Assembly: GCA_951406725.2 (NCBI GenBank)
Contig: OX597830.1
Coordinates: 45,818,001 to 45,882,000, forward strand
DNA length: 64,000 bases
Direction of reading: 5' to 3'
Source of the DNA: Octopus vulgaris
Taxonomy: Eukaryota
In this document: piece after piece, positions 13,200 through 25,115 of the stretch
Layout: each line of letters begins with the position of its first letter
How positions within the stretch are numbered: position 1 is the first letter of the stretch
Program-made: the position numbers and the translations under genes
Notes under the pieces: model-generated
Database searches by the model: none
What the model was told of the DNA's origin: nothing
The model's input: only the letters and a program-made list of their open reading frames with translations

Positions 13200-14450
13200 A
13201 AGGACTGTTTTTGGATTCCAGGTTCCAGATAAGAACATAATTTCCAATGTAGTTTACCTCGTACTTTTCTTCCTTGTCACCCCCTTCAATTCTCTTTCTG
13301 CTGAAAATTGCCTGTAAATCCTCACATACCTAGCTTCACTTTCTCCTCCGGATTCCAATCCAAAGCTTACTTTGTTGAATGGTCCACTGATTTTCATAAC
13401 ATAGGGTCTATTTGTTACCATTTATGTCTTGCTATTTGTTGGTTGACAAATTCCTGCTTGGCTTTAGTCCAGAAGTGTTTGTTATTCTTGGTTTCTGGAT
13501 ATCTAATGCTTAACTTGTCTCTGAAGCATTCTCTGTGAATATTTGGAGCTTTCTGAAGAGATTTCTATTCATTCACAATGATTTAACATCCTATAATTTG
13601 ATGGATTTGATGTTGCAATCCTAAATCTTCAGTTAACATGGCTGGGCAGAAGCTTTTCCAAATCTCACTTCTGTACCTCATATTGTGGACAACAAGTTTC
13701 CTAAGCGTGTAAAATGTTTCACATCATTTCTATATATGATTTTTAACCATGATGGATCCAGGGTTACTATTTTGGATTTTTGTGATCTCTGCTTTCCCAG
13801 CATTAACCCACAGTCCAATTTTTTTACTGCTACCTTATTAAATTAATCAATCTTTCACTGCAAATCTTGAATATCCTGGGATATGTCTGTATTGTCTGGG
13901 GTATATCTGCACTTGTGCCTGCTCTATGCCTGTTCTTTCACCATTCTATTTCAATATCATCTAGAAAATCGTTGGTAATGAACTTCTTGCTTCATTCCAA
14001 ATTTTACCTCAAAATGTTTCCACAATCTCTCATTGTGTATCACATGATAACGAATATCCTTATACAGTCGTTAAATGATCTTAAGGAGTAGGGTGGTGAT
14101 ACAGAGCACATGTCAGATCAATCCAAAGCATTCTTGAAATCATTGAAGTTGAGAACAAAGGCAGCTTGTCATTCCTGCAGCTGTTCATGATAATCCGGTC
14201 ACTGTAGGATTTATCCTTCCTAATTCCTGCTTGTGATCTACAGCAATTTTTAGTCTCCCAAGAATGATCCTTGTGAGTAGCTTGCTGAATATTGAGAAGC
14301 ACAATACTCACTATGTTTTCTATTTTTCAGCAGTTTCACCAGAGAGTTGTTCTTTCATTTGATAGGCAGTCTGAGTATGTTACCATACCTTCAGACAGAA
14401 GGACTATGGTAGCTCTGTATTGTAAGGGCTATGGTAGCCTGTATTGCAAA
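13200..14450 (-). mobile_element. Old RTE-like LINE RT fragment
   Basis: Across frameshifts the minus strand reads SIVLLNI/SKLLTRIILGRL..QAGIRKDKSYSDRI..FVLNFNDFKNALD, i.e. early non-LTR RT domains; boundaries approximate. Confidence 0.6.
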
Positions 14451-16040
14451 CATTTAAACGAATGTAAATGTCACTGGATATTTGCAGCACAAAAGTAAAG
14501 CTGTAAATGCAAAGAAAACATTAGTTTTGTTTTTTATATAGATACTCCAAACACACTGTTACAATAAATACAAGTTATAAATGTTTCTATAAAAGACTCC
14601 AATAAAAACTTAGCTTCTGTGTTCTGACAAGTGTTCTGAGGCTTTTTAAAGATAAGGCTTACACTTACACATGTGCTCTTTAATGATAACATAATGACTA
14701 GATAGTACTGCCTGTATCAAACTTATTACATTTCCTGCATTCTGTACTGTATGCTGAGTAATTGCTAAACATTTGACAGGATTTCCATTTGGATAATAAA
14801 CATATTTAGTCTGGACTGCAAATCTATTTTTTAAGCATAGATAGCTTTTAAGGGAAAGTCCTACAGTGAAAAGTATGCTTAGCCTATCTAATCACATTGA
14901 TTCACTAGCAATTATGTATAACTTACAAGACCTTATAAGTAATTTTAATTAAATGTCTTAAGTAAATAATTGGGGTGGGTGGAAGATTAACTGCATTTAA
15001 GTGTTTTTCTAAATTTATATTACTCTCAAAGACAATGTTACTACTTTCAAAATTCAAAAGCTATCTGTACAAGCAAAAGATTTTAAAACTTGCTTCATTA
15101 ACTACGAGTTTAAAAGGCACACTCTGTATGAACTTTAAAGCTGGCTCCTGTGGAGGGTTAAGTGGGCCTGCAGCTCAAAACTAAAGAGAGCTAAATAACA
15201 TGACTATAATATGTCTATAATGACTATATGCCCCAGTGGAGTTTGATCAGAGGTTAAGGTCAGATGAGAATTAACTCAGTAATGCAGTCATTCTATTGTT
15301 CTAGTCCCAAGTTGAATTCCAACTGTTGGTCAATTTGTCCCAAAGTTCTTATCTTGACGTAAAATTACAGAGGATGTCATTTATCATCCCCTTGATCGCT
15401 GACATCACCTGACAAATGCCAACCAGCAACCCAAATGCTTTTAAATCAGATCCCAATGCTGGATGTTCAAGAACCAGATGAAGGGTAAATTTCCAATCCT
15501 GGGATCATACTGATTCCAAAAAAAGTATAATATGTCTATGTAGAGCAAATGTAGACTGAGATAGGGAGGTCCCAGAGGGACACACAGACACAATTTTGCT
15601 TTTATTAATATGGAAGAGGTACATTTCAGACTTTTCAGTAAATCAATGACATGAGGTTAAAAACTGATTTAGCTGGCTGTTATAGTGATGAAAAGCAAAT
15701 CTGTTCAAAGTGCAAATCTGCTCTCTAATATGTACTCATCTGAGATAGAGATATATAGAAGATGCATGCCTCTGCCCATAACTCAACACATTTAACTGTG
15801 ACAAATATTTTAACCTGTGACCTTGACGTTAACAGACAAAATCTATATTAAAGATACAGTATCTGATCTAATAAAGTAAACTACTATATCTCTATGAATA
15901 ATTGATTTTAAATAACAATATAACTTGGTGACTTGTTTCTATTTTTAAACTTTATTAAAACATTAAAACAGTGCAAAGATTGTTTCCAAAGAGATTTTAG
16001 AACTACAACCATCAACGGTAAACAAATATCAATCACTTAC

Positions 16041-16099
16041 CAACTTTAAGTCTGGAACAGCTCTACTCAATGTCCATTCCTGACTATTCACAAAGGAAT
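16041..16099 (-). CDS. AGAP1: AGAP1/centaurin-gamma coding exon (59 nt) preceding the GTPase-like domain
   Basis: ttttcctttcag|ATTCCTTT...AAAGTTG|gtaagt; translates xSFVNSQEWTLSRAVPDLKL, matching AGAP 'FVNSQEWTLSRSVPELK'. Confidence 0.95.
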
Positions 16100-16132
16100 C
16101 TGAAAGGAAAATATGAAATCATTTTGAAATAT

Positions 16133-16235
16133 TTCACAAAGGAATCTGAAAGGAAAATATGAAACAAATATCAATCACTTACCAACTTTAAGTCTGGAAA
16201 TAAGAAGAATAAGCCATTCCTGACTATTCACAAAG
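16133..16235. repeat. Scrambled local duplication of three pieces of the 59-nt exon and its splice sites
   Basis: 16133-16164 = 16087-16118; 16162-16199 = 16020-16057; 16214-16235 = 16074-16095 (exact copies by eye). Confidence 0.93.
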
Positions 16236-16775
16236 AATTATTATATATTATTTCTGAGTATTATTCCTAGACTAAAACTGTCTGTACAACCAATAGTTTC
16301 CTATGGAGGTATTCATATAAAAACCATCCTAGATCATTAACGATATTCAGAGAAAACATCTTACGAAGCTAATTTTATTGTGAGTACTTCAAGTGGTCTT
16401 CAGCAGTTGCAGAAATAACTGACACATCTCATTCATAATTCAATCGAATTTAGTGATAATGATCACACTTCACAAATAAGATCTCTCTGATGTTGAAAAA
16501 AAAAATCAATGATAGACATTTGGGAGTTAAACAAAATAACAACATCCACTCTGAACTTGTACAAAACATCAAATGATATTGGTGATGGAATAAACCATGT
16601 ACATAACTAAAATGAAATGTAACTGTAATCATGGAGATTTCTAATTCAAAACACAATTCAATTTAGACTTCTACATGTTACATAACATTTAAAATATCAG
16701 CATATATTTCTAATCTTTATAACTTTAATAAACTGAATCCAGAGTTTCACTATATACATCAGTGAAAATGATTAG

Positions 16776-16996
16776 CCCTTTCGTTACTGTATTTATTTTG
16801 AGATGCTCTGTGTTTCTTTCAATTACTTTAAATATAACAAAGGATTTAGTAAAATAACTTAGTTATCATTAAACAAGTGTTAGGAACGTAAATTGTGACT
16901 AAGGTTTGGTGGAAGACTTTAATTCAGAACTTTTGAAAACAAGACATTTGTACCACAGAGCAAGAGCCAGTTTCAGCCGGGTTGGTATCAAAAGGG
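16776..16996 (-). mobile_element. piggyBac-like MITE (same family as 39603-39821, opposite orientation)
   Basis: TIRs CCCTTTCGTTAC...GTATCAAAAGGG; flanked by TTAG on both sides; interior is the reverse complement of the 39.6-kb copy. Confidence 0.85.
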
Positions 16997-17536
16997 TTAG
17001 AGACAATATTCTTTTCAGGTTGCAATTACCATATTTGATGAGGCTATTGAAACTTCTGAAAGCCCTAGAGCACATTCTTTCAACAAAAGTCATATAGATT
17101 AATAATTTCATCTTAACAAATTGAGCGATATTGTGGAAGTTCACCAAAATTAATTCAGATTCATTTTCAATAGTGGTGTCGCATTTTCAGGGATCACCTA
17201 AAACACTGGAAGAGCTCAGAAGAATTGTTAAAGGAAGTGTGTAATAGTAATGAAACATTACTCTCATTTACTAAGGTTTAAGCACATGCATTCCTCTACT
17301 TTGTTGCCATATGCTGAATGTTTTAGTTCAGTGTTTTCACGCTGAAAGTTTACATACTACAACAGAGTCAGATACAACAATGTTGGTGCTAGAAGATAGT
17401 AATCAGCTTTTGTTATGTACAAATGTCACACAGCAACACTCAAATATAACACTCCTGCCTGACCTCACACAGCTGCCACTATCAGTATTATCATGGTTAC
17501 ATGAAACACAGAGTAACAATTTGTCAAGCTTTTCTG

Positions 17537-17568
<32 letters not shown>

Positions 17569-17570
<2 letters not shown>

Positions 17571-17830
17571 TCATCATCATCGTTTAACATCCGCTTTCCA
17601 TGCTGACATGGGTTGGACGATTTGACTGAGGTCTGGCGAACCAGATGGCTGCACCAGGATCCAATCTGATCTGGAAGAGTTTCTACAGCTGGATGCCCTT
17701 CCTAACACCAACCACTCCAAGAGTGTAGTGGGTGCTTTTACGTGCCACTGGCACGAGGGCCAATCAAATGGTGCTTTTCTTTGTGCCACCTGCACAGGAG
17801 CCAGTCCAGCAGGACTGGCAATGACCACTC
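17569..17830 (-). mobile_element. RTE LINE 3'-end fragment / tail-derived short element (representative of about 15 copies)
   Basis: (TCA)n-CGTTTAAC..CCATGC..CATGGGTTGGACG...GGATGCCCTTCCTAAC..CAACCACT; similar copies near 20252, 21510, 25680, 32560, 35115, 36040, 44761, 50260, 52500, 52955, 53757, 54681, 56312, 57205, 58310. Confidence 0.85.
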
Positions 17831-18095
17831 GAAAATATATATATATATATATACATTGGATGGATGGATGGATGGATGAAGTAAACATAAGAGATGCTTT
17901 GCTCCACATAAAAACTGCAGGGTCTACTCAAAGGATTTTGCAAGCCTAATTAATTCCATTGCAATGTTGGAAACCCTTCTATATTGTCACCTGAGTGGGG
18001 CAGCAAGGACTGAATTTGTCTTCATGCACAGAAGAGTTCCACTTGCTGTCTCTTATCAACCATAGCCACCTTGTGCAAAGTTTCAGCTGCTGTGC

Positions 18096-18128
18096 CTATA
18101 TATATATATACATACATACATACATACA

Positions 18129-18160
<32 letters not shown>

Positions 18161-18314
18161 CATATGTATGTATACATAAATATATATACATATGTATGTA
18201 TACATAAATATATATATATATATATGTACACATATATATATGTATGTATATGTATGTGTGTGTGTGTGTATATATATATATGTACACATATACATATGTA
18301 TGTATATGTGTATA

Positions 18315-18346
<32 letters not shown>
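18096..18346. repeat. Compound (TA)n/(TACA)n/(TG)n microsatellite
   Basis: Directly visible; similar tracts at about 37380-37465, 45078-45220, 53470-53755, 54257-54680, 55722-55875, 57420-58070, 59230-59440, 63645-63695. Confidence 0.97.
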
Positions 18347-18350
18347 AGTT

Positions 18351-19170
18351 CCAAAATATAAACAAACACAATAAAGGAACAAATGGAAAATTCATGAGGC
18401 AGGACATCACCGATTCCTCATCAGTTATTATCCAAAAGAACCTTACAATTTCACACCTTTAACAATAATATTGTCACTATTGGTGGCCTCAACAGCAAGA
18501 AGCTGCTGGGAATAATGAATAAATGTTGGGAGACAGTAATGAAAACAAATATAACACAAATGTGAATATACAAACAAAATAAAATAAATATACATTATAC
18601 AAGCAAAATAGGGCCAAGAATCTCTAAGGCAAGACAAATATGCAAAGGAAATGGAAATGTTGTATAGGACTGGAAAAGGAAAAGGGAACAAATGGGAAAC
18701 CAGGAGAGGAAAGGTGAAAAAAGAAAAAACACAAACTATGGTGAAAGAGGTGGAGGAGGAGGCAAGGGAACCGTGACTGATTAAGTCAACAGTTAGGCAA
18801 GAATGGAAATGGAAGAGAGGGATGAGAATGGTTATGGGTCACATGGTAGTGGAAGGAGAGAGAGAGAGAAAAAAGCAACAGAGTGGAAAGTTGGTGAGAG
18901 GGGAGAAGAAGGCAAAAGAGAGAAAAAAAAGAGAAATGTATGTCACACAAAAAATATTCAAGTGAAAAGGTAAAAATAAGAAGGGTGTCTTAAATAGAAA
19001 AACAACAAAGGAACAAACAGAAAATTCACAAATGAGACAGGACGTTGCTAATTCCTCGTCAGCCTTCAAAAGATCCTTACAATTTCATGCCTTTAAAGAA
19101 AATATTGTTCACTTTGGTGGCATCAACAGTGAGAAGTTGTTGTAAATAGCAAATGAACGTTTGAGACAAA
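18351..19170 (-). mobile_element. Non-autonomous element: two diverged ~170-bp direct repeats around a purine-rich spacer (Penelope-derived/retrozyme-like)
   Basis: AAAATTCA..GAG.CAGGAC...ATTCCTC.TCAG...CCTTACAATTTCA..CCTTTAA...TTGGTGGC.TCAACAG occurs at about 18385-18510 and again at about 19020-19140. Confidence 0.55.
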
Positions 19171-22100
19171 AATACTTATAAATATTAACTTCACTCATTT
19201 TTTTTTTTTTTTTTGTACTGTAATTTGCATAATGTTACACTTATCGTTTGCAATGAAATATTTTTATTATATTAGAAATCAATATTTTACATTTATTATA
19301 TGTTTCTAGCAGTTTGATCTGCAATAGTCAGCTGATTTATTCTAGAATATGTACATACTAACAGATGGGATTCTGATTTTTTTTTCTAAACTAAATGTAA
19401 TAATGTTCCTATCCTCAAGGCTACCAAAAATGTGAGTTGAGTAACATGCTAATATTCAAGGTTACTAATGCATCTGATGATGATTGGCACTGAAACCATT
19501 CCAAACGTAGATGCCAATATTGATTCGTAACATGTATAAAAATGTCTCATGTCTAAAGATGAAGTTAACAGCCTAAAAATTTATCAACTTTGCAACAACC
19601 CCTCATCTGAAGCATTGAATCATTTGTAATTCACCAGCTGAAATAGCATTAAGCTTGTTATAAATTGGGAATCTTAACTTTCTATTAGAAATCAGTTTGT
19701 AATCTACCTTTAGACTTTGTATATTAGAGTCTATCTTTTGTCATAATTTCTTTGCTATTTTTATACAACTAGGTTAATTTTTCTTTTACCCAGTGTTTTT
19801 TTTTCTTTTAATTCTTACGTTACATGTAACAACTAGTTGCAGTTAGTTGAATCCCTTCTAATGCTACCATGAAGAACAATGGTTGTACAGGTTTTGTTTG
19901 TTGAGGGATGAGACGTAGCAAACAAGATCCTAAGTAGTCAATCTTAATTAAAATATATTTTAGTTCATTGTAACCTTGAAAAGTTTCAATCACATACAAG
20001 GAAAATACCAAAGAATAGATGTGGGAGAGGACATTGTTTTCAACTAATGCAAACTATAGAGAAAAAAATAATCTTTAAGGTAGCTCTGACAAGAAGTTAT
20101 GTCTAATCAGAGAGGATTAATGTTGTCAAATCTATTTGTGAAGCAAGGAATATAAATCCTTTCTGTGTTTAATAAACTTCAGGAACAAATATAGTAACTC
20201 ACTTTGTATGTTTACTTCAGTCACCTGCATCTTTAAATTAAAATGTCCCTCTCATCATCATCATCATCATCGTTTAACGTCCGTTCTCCATGCTAGCATG
20301 GGTTGGACGGTTCGACCGGGGATCTTGGAAGCCAGAAGGCTGCACCAGGCTCCAGTCTTATCTGGCAATGTTTCTACAGCTGGATGCCCTTCCTAACGCC
20401 AACCACTCCGTGAGTGTAGTGGGTGTTTTTTACGTGCCACCTGCACAGGTGCCAGGCGAGGCTGGCAACGGCCACGGTCAGATTGGTGCATTTTACGCTC
20501 TTTTAAAATTATGACTTGGCAAAAATATCAAGAAAAGTACAATCATAACAGTGCAGTCTCACAGGTGTGGCTGTGTGGTTGAGAAGCTTGTTTCCTAACT
20601 ATGTGGTTTCAGGTTCAGTCTACTGCATGGTACCATGACCAAGTGTTGGGCTGGCCAAAGCCTTATGAGTGGATTTAGTAGATGGAAACCAAAAGAAGCC
20701 CAATTGTAAACCTGTGTGTGTACGTCCTTGTTTTATCATAGAATGGCTGTAAATAAGCATAATTGTCATACAAGTAATCTCTGGTGGAAAAACATGTCTG
20801 GTCATGAGGTAAATATCAGTTTGCTTTGAAACAGATGAGCATTTGGCAACAGGAAGAGCATCTGGATATCGAAAAGTGGCTGTAATAATGATATGATGAT
20901 TAATGATATTACAATTTAAAACAGCTGCAAGGCACACCCTCCCTCGAGTAACCTAAGCTATAAATGTCATGTAATTTTCAATGACTAAACTTCTTGACAA
21001 CTTAAAAAGAGGTTTAGATAAATGTATAAAGCTTTTCAGGTTCAATAAGTGTATTATAATATGTAGAGGAGCATGAAAGACAAGAAAAATGAAAACAATA
21101 TGATGAGGCATTTGTTAATCCTCAATTTTCAATAGCATTCAGAACCCAGAGCTATACTCAGTCATCTGCAAGAATAAACAGGAAATCAATATTATGCAAA
21201 CTAAGCAAAGCACTTGTTCATGGGAAATATATGAAATTCCAGATAAACTTTAGATGCAGAATCGTGATAAGAGAGAATTAGAAATGAACTTGTAGACTAT
21301 AGGTTCTGTGATGATTTACTGGAAGAAGTAGATAAGTTGTGTGTTACTCAGATAAAGTAATTACAGCTAAGAGTAGAACCAGCAACAGGGTCTCATGTCT
21401 AAAGAGCATAGTGGGAGAAGGAAATTCAGAGAATTGGCATAGTTGTTGAATGGAACTGTTTCCCCTAAACAGAAGGATCACTTCATGGTACAACAAATGC
21501 AGAAACACTTGTAGCAACTGAGCCTGGTGCAGCTGCTGGCTCTCCAGACTTCAGTCAAACCATCCAACCCATGCCAGCATGGAAAGCAGACATTAAGCAA
21601 TGATGATGATGATGATGCTCTTGAGTATGGAAATAAACTTAAGAGGCAGGCCAAGTGCATCTGAAATCACTTGGCATTTGAAGCATTAACTGCAGGGTCC
21701 TTGCAACGTAGAGCAGGTGTATACAATATACAAAACAATACATCACAGATAAGAAAATGCTGCAGCCATCAACCGTCATATCTTTTTTAAAAAATTCAAA
21801 AGTAAATACCAGAAGTGTTTTCAATTTACAGAGAATTCAGTTCTCATACAAAAACAATGTTGAATCAACAAAAAAACAAAACATAAAAACCTTCAAATTA
21901 AAGAGGTCTGAATAGGAACAAGAGAGAAACATCAAGGACTTGGAATATGGTAATCTAGATCAATTGTAAAACAGAGTGTGGCACTCAGGTGAGGTTGTCC
22001 AGACCAATTAATGCCAGCCAACATGACAAAAGAAAAAAAAGGTTTCCTACCACACTTCAGTGAGTTAAATCAATGAAAGCCTTTATAAATGAATACTAAA

Positions 22101-24252
22101 AGAATAATATACTTATTCCAACTATTAGTGTTTTATTAACTTAAAAAAAAATAAACGACAGAGCATAACAATTAAGACTGTAATTCTTTCACAGCAATAA
22201 TAATTTTTTTCTTTTACTTAATTTAAAAAATTTTTAATTTTATTCTTTTATTTTTTTTTAATGTGAAATAAAAGTCAATGCATATTATAAAATAATGATT
22301 TAAAATCCAACATATTTTATTTATAAGTCCCTTGTAGAAATATGGGAAATATGTAAATGAATTTTCATGAGTTGAATAGAGAAATTGGAATTTAAAATTA
22401 TCTCACTGGATAGAGATAATCTACAGCAAATACTTTCAATAGATGTAAGCTGCTAATAGAAGAGCTAAATACAGTTTTGTACTTAGCAAGAGAAGGTCAG
22501 ACTTAAATCGATTTGCTAACAGCCAACAAATTATGTTAGCAAGTGAAACATAAAAATTATTTGATTAAGTCAAGAGATTATACAATAAGTCAGGAATTTG
22601 CTGATAAGTTTAAAAGGCACGTCAGTTTCGACAAAGATGTTTAACATATCAACAACAACATTTAAATGTATTTCTCTAGGATAAACTAGAGATGTCAATA
22701 AGAACAAGAAATTGAATTATATAACAGAATAACAACCCTCAAAAAATTCATTCTGGAAAATGATAAAACGATTATGGAACAAGGAAAACATAGGCTGTGG
22801 TTTATCTAGCCATGAAGTCATTATATTTTTGATTAATTAGCTAAATATAGTTCAAAGATTTAATCTAAACTTCAGATACTGTTACCTACATTTCTAATTA
22901 GATCAAATGTCAATCTATAAATGGAGATTTTGTTGTTCATTTATAAGCCACAATAATAATAAAGTAGCAAAATTATGACAATGTCTAAAAATAATTATAA
23001 AGGAAGTCAACAAATTTCATTGGTAACTTCTAAAAACAACTTACAAATAAAATATCAACATGATAAGCCCTCTTTTATTAATTTAACAACAGCATATATG
23101 ATAAAATGAGCTTATTTACATTTCAGCAAACTTTTAATATTATGAAATTAATCAGATATTCCACAAGGGTACTGAAATAATTAAAATAACTAAATCAATG
23201 AAGAGAATGTTAAAATAATGCCTAATAGTGGGAAACAAAAGAGTTGTTAAAATTAGTAATAAAAAGTCTTGTGAACAACAAATTCTATTTTGACATGGCA
23301 CAAGTTTGTTGATTTATCATTTCATATCATTTATACACTGCTGCAGGCCCAGTCTTTTCTTATTTCTTTCTTTTTTTCCTATTTACAAATATTCACGTCA
23401 AGACTATTAATACTTAGCTTTTTCACACAACAACTAAAATATTGATTTAAAACACTGGCACAAATATGTACCACTGGTACATATTTTATTAACCAGACAA
23501 GTGAAATCAAAGTAGGCTGTGATAGAATTTTAACCCAGCATGTAAATGTTATGCAGGATCTCATCTGATGTTCTACCAGATCTGCCATACCATTACCCAC
23601 AACTCTTCCTCTTCAGATTTCACAAATTCAATTATTTCTTTGCTGTGACATCTGCATTTCCAAATAAAGACAGCATCAAATTTATTTTATAAGTAAATGA
23701 ATTTGAATAAACAGAACGCATTTTGCATAAGGGACAGTATGATCTGATTACTCAGCTAACAGTACTTAAATTGCAAACATTAAATTTGCCAATCTGTAGA
23801 GTAGGACTATTTACATAGAGTACAGGTGCCAGAAAGGTTAGAGAAAACAGTTTGGTAGCAAGCCCACCATAGCCACTACTAACTTGGCTAATTACAGATA
23901 TTGAACAACCTATGAATTCTGGTTTCTTCCTTCATTTCCCTTACAATGTCAAATGGTCAACAAAAGTTACTGACCACTACCCTTCCTCCTCTAAGCCATT
24001 ACATGTTTTTTTTAAAGTTACATTCAGTATGTAGATAGGCATGTTAGGTTAAGCTAAATTTGTAAACATTGGTTTAAAGCAGGTTATAGGCTCATTCTGT
24101 TGTATCCTTCCCATGTTCCAATCAAACTAGAAATGGGATTTAGTAAATAAAGTGTAACAATCCTCACTGTCTGAGAGAGAAGATTAGGAATGATCTCATT
24201 TGAGATTACAACCATCTTTGGCTAGTTTAACCCTAATGTGTCCACTGATCTG

Positions 24253-24395
24253 ATTGGTTAGCATTTAGCGCAGTCTGTCTCTCTACTTATTTCGTGCCAG
24301 TGTGTAAACTGACCAATCACGGCTTTCAGATAGGACCTTTCAATTGAGCCATTTTCACTCCTTAAATAGGTTAGTATTTCCACTATTCATCGTCT
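24253..24395 (+). promoter_or_regulatory. Candidate Pol II promoter inside the solo LTR
   Basis: ATTGG 24253-24257, CCAAT 24313-24317, TATA-like TTAAATA 24362-24368, pyrimidine-rich Inr-like TTCATC about 25 nt downstream. Confidence 0.5.
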
Positions 24396-24450
24396 TTCGG
24401 CTCAAGACCTTCTAAGGTCTGGTCGGAGACCACACAGAGCTTACTCAACC

Positions 24451-24762
24451 ATGTTCCAGTTCGAAAGACGGACGACAGCCAGCCAACCATACTATGAAGA
24501 CGCTATTGTATACCAACGACAGACAGAACATCATTACCAGCATCGTCTCCGTCTACGAAGATTTCAACTTGTACACAACACAGATTCAACTCACGCTGTT
24601 TGTGTGAAACTATCACCATGGAAAAACAGTTGCAGTATATATCTGAAAGAACATCTATATCAAGAGAAACCTGCACAACAAGTGACTCAACTAGTCTCCG
24701 CTTTGAGACCCAAATCTTGTTATAGAACTTATTATCGTGTACCACATGAACTGGTAAAATAA
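24451..24762 (+). CDS. Hypothetical 103-aa ORF inside the solo LTR, no recognisable domain
   Basis: ATG in CAACCATG context just downstream of promoter motifs; non-repetitive open frame; no homology recognised. Confidence 0.3.
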   Translation: MFQFERRTTASQPYYEDAIVYQRQTEHHYQHRLRLRRFQLVHNTDSTHAVCVKLSPWKNSCSIYLKEHLYQEKPAQQVTQLVSALRPKSCYRTYYRVPHELVK

Positions 24763-25049
24763 CTCTATCTTAACTCAATATGCTGAGACTTCTTTTATGC
24801 TCTGTATTTCTGTTGTATTTGCATGCACCTTTATCTGTACCTTCTGTCGCACACACAAACACACAAATATTATACACATGCATTCATACCACAACACTAC
24901 GCTAGTAATCAACTCACTTTGTACACTGTGAACAAAATCTATCTCTTCTCTCAAACAGTAGAATGGCTTGGCGTCCTTTATTCATTTCTTTTGGCATTGT
25001 ATAATATATTCATGTATTATGGCTTTCTCTTATTATATTATTTTGTTAG

Positions 25050-25115
25050 GATGTGATCGTGCGGCGTACTAGATGTGATCGTGCGGCGTACTAGATGTGA
25101 TCGTGCGGCGTACTA
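25050..25115. repeat. Perfect tandem repeat, 3 x 22 bp GATGTGATCGTGCGGCGTACTA
   Basis: Units at 25050, 25072 and 25094, no spacers. Confidence 0.97.

Noticed and set aside
20290-20514. Recurrent '[21 protein letters not shown]' ORF family appearing many times
   Set aside because: Antisense translation of the RTE 3' tail repeat, not a gene family
25050-25115. Possible CRISPR-like repeat
   Set aside because: No spacers, no cas genes, eukaryotic context; a simple tandem repeat
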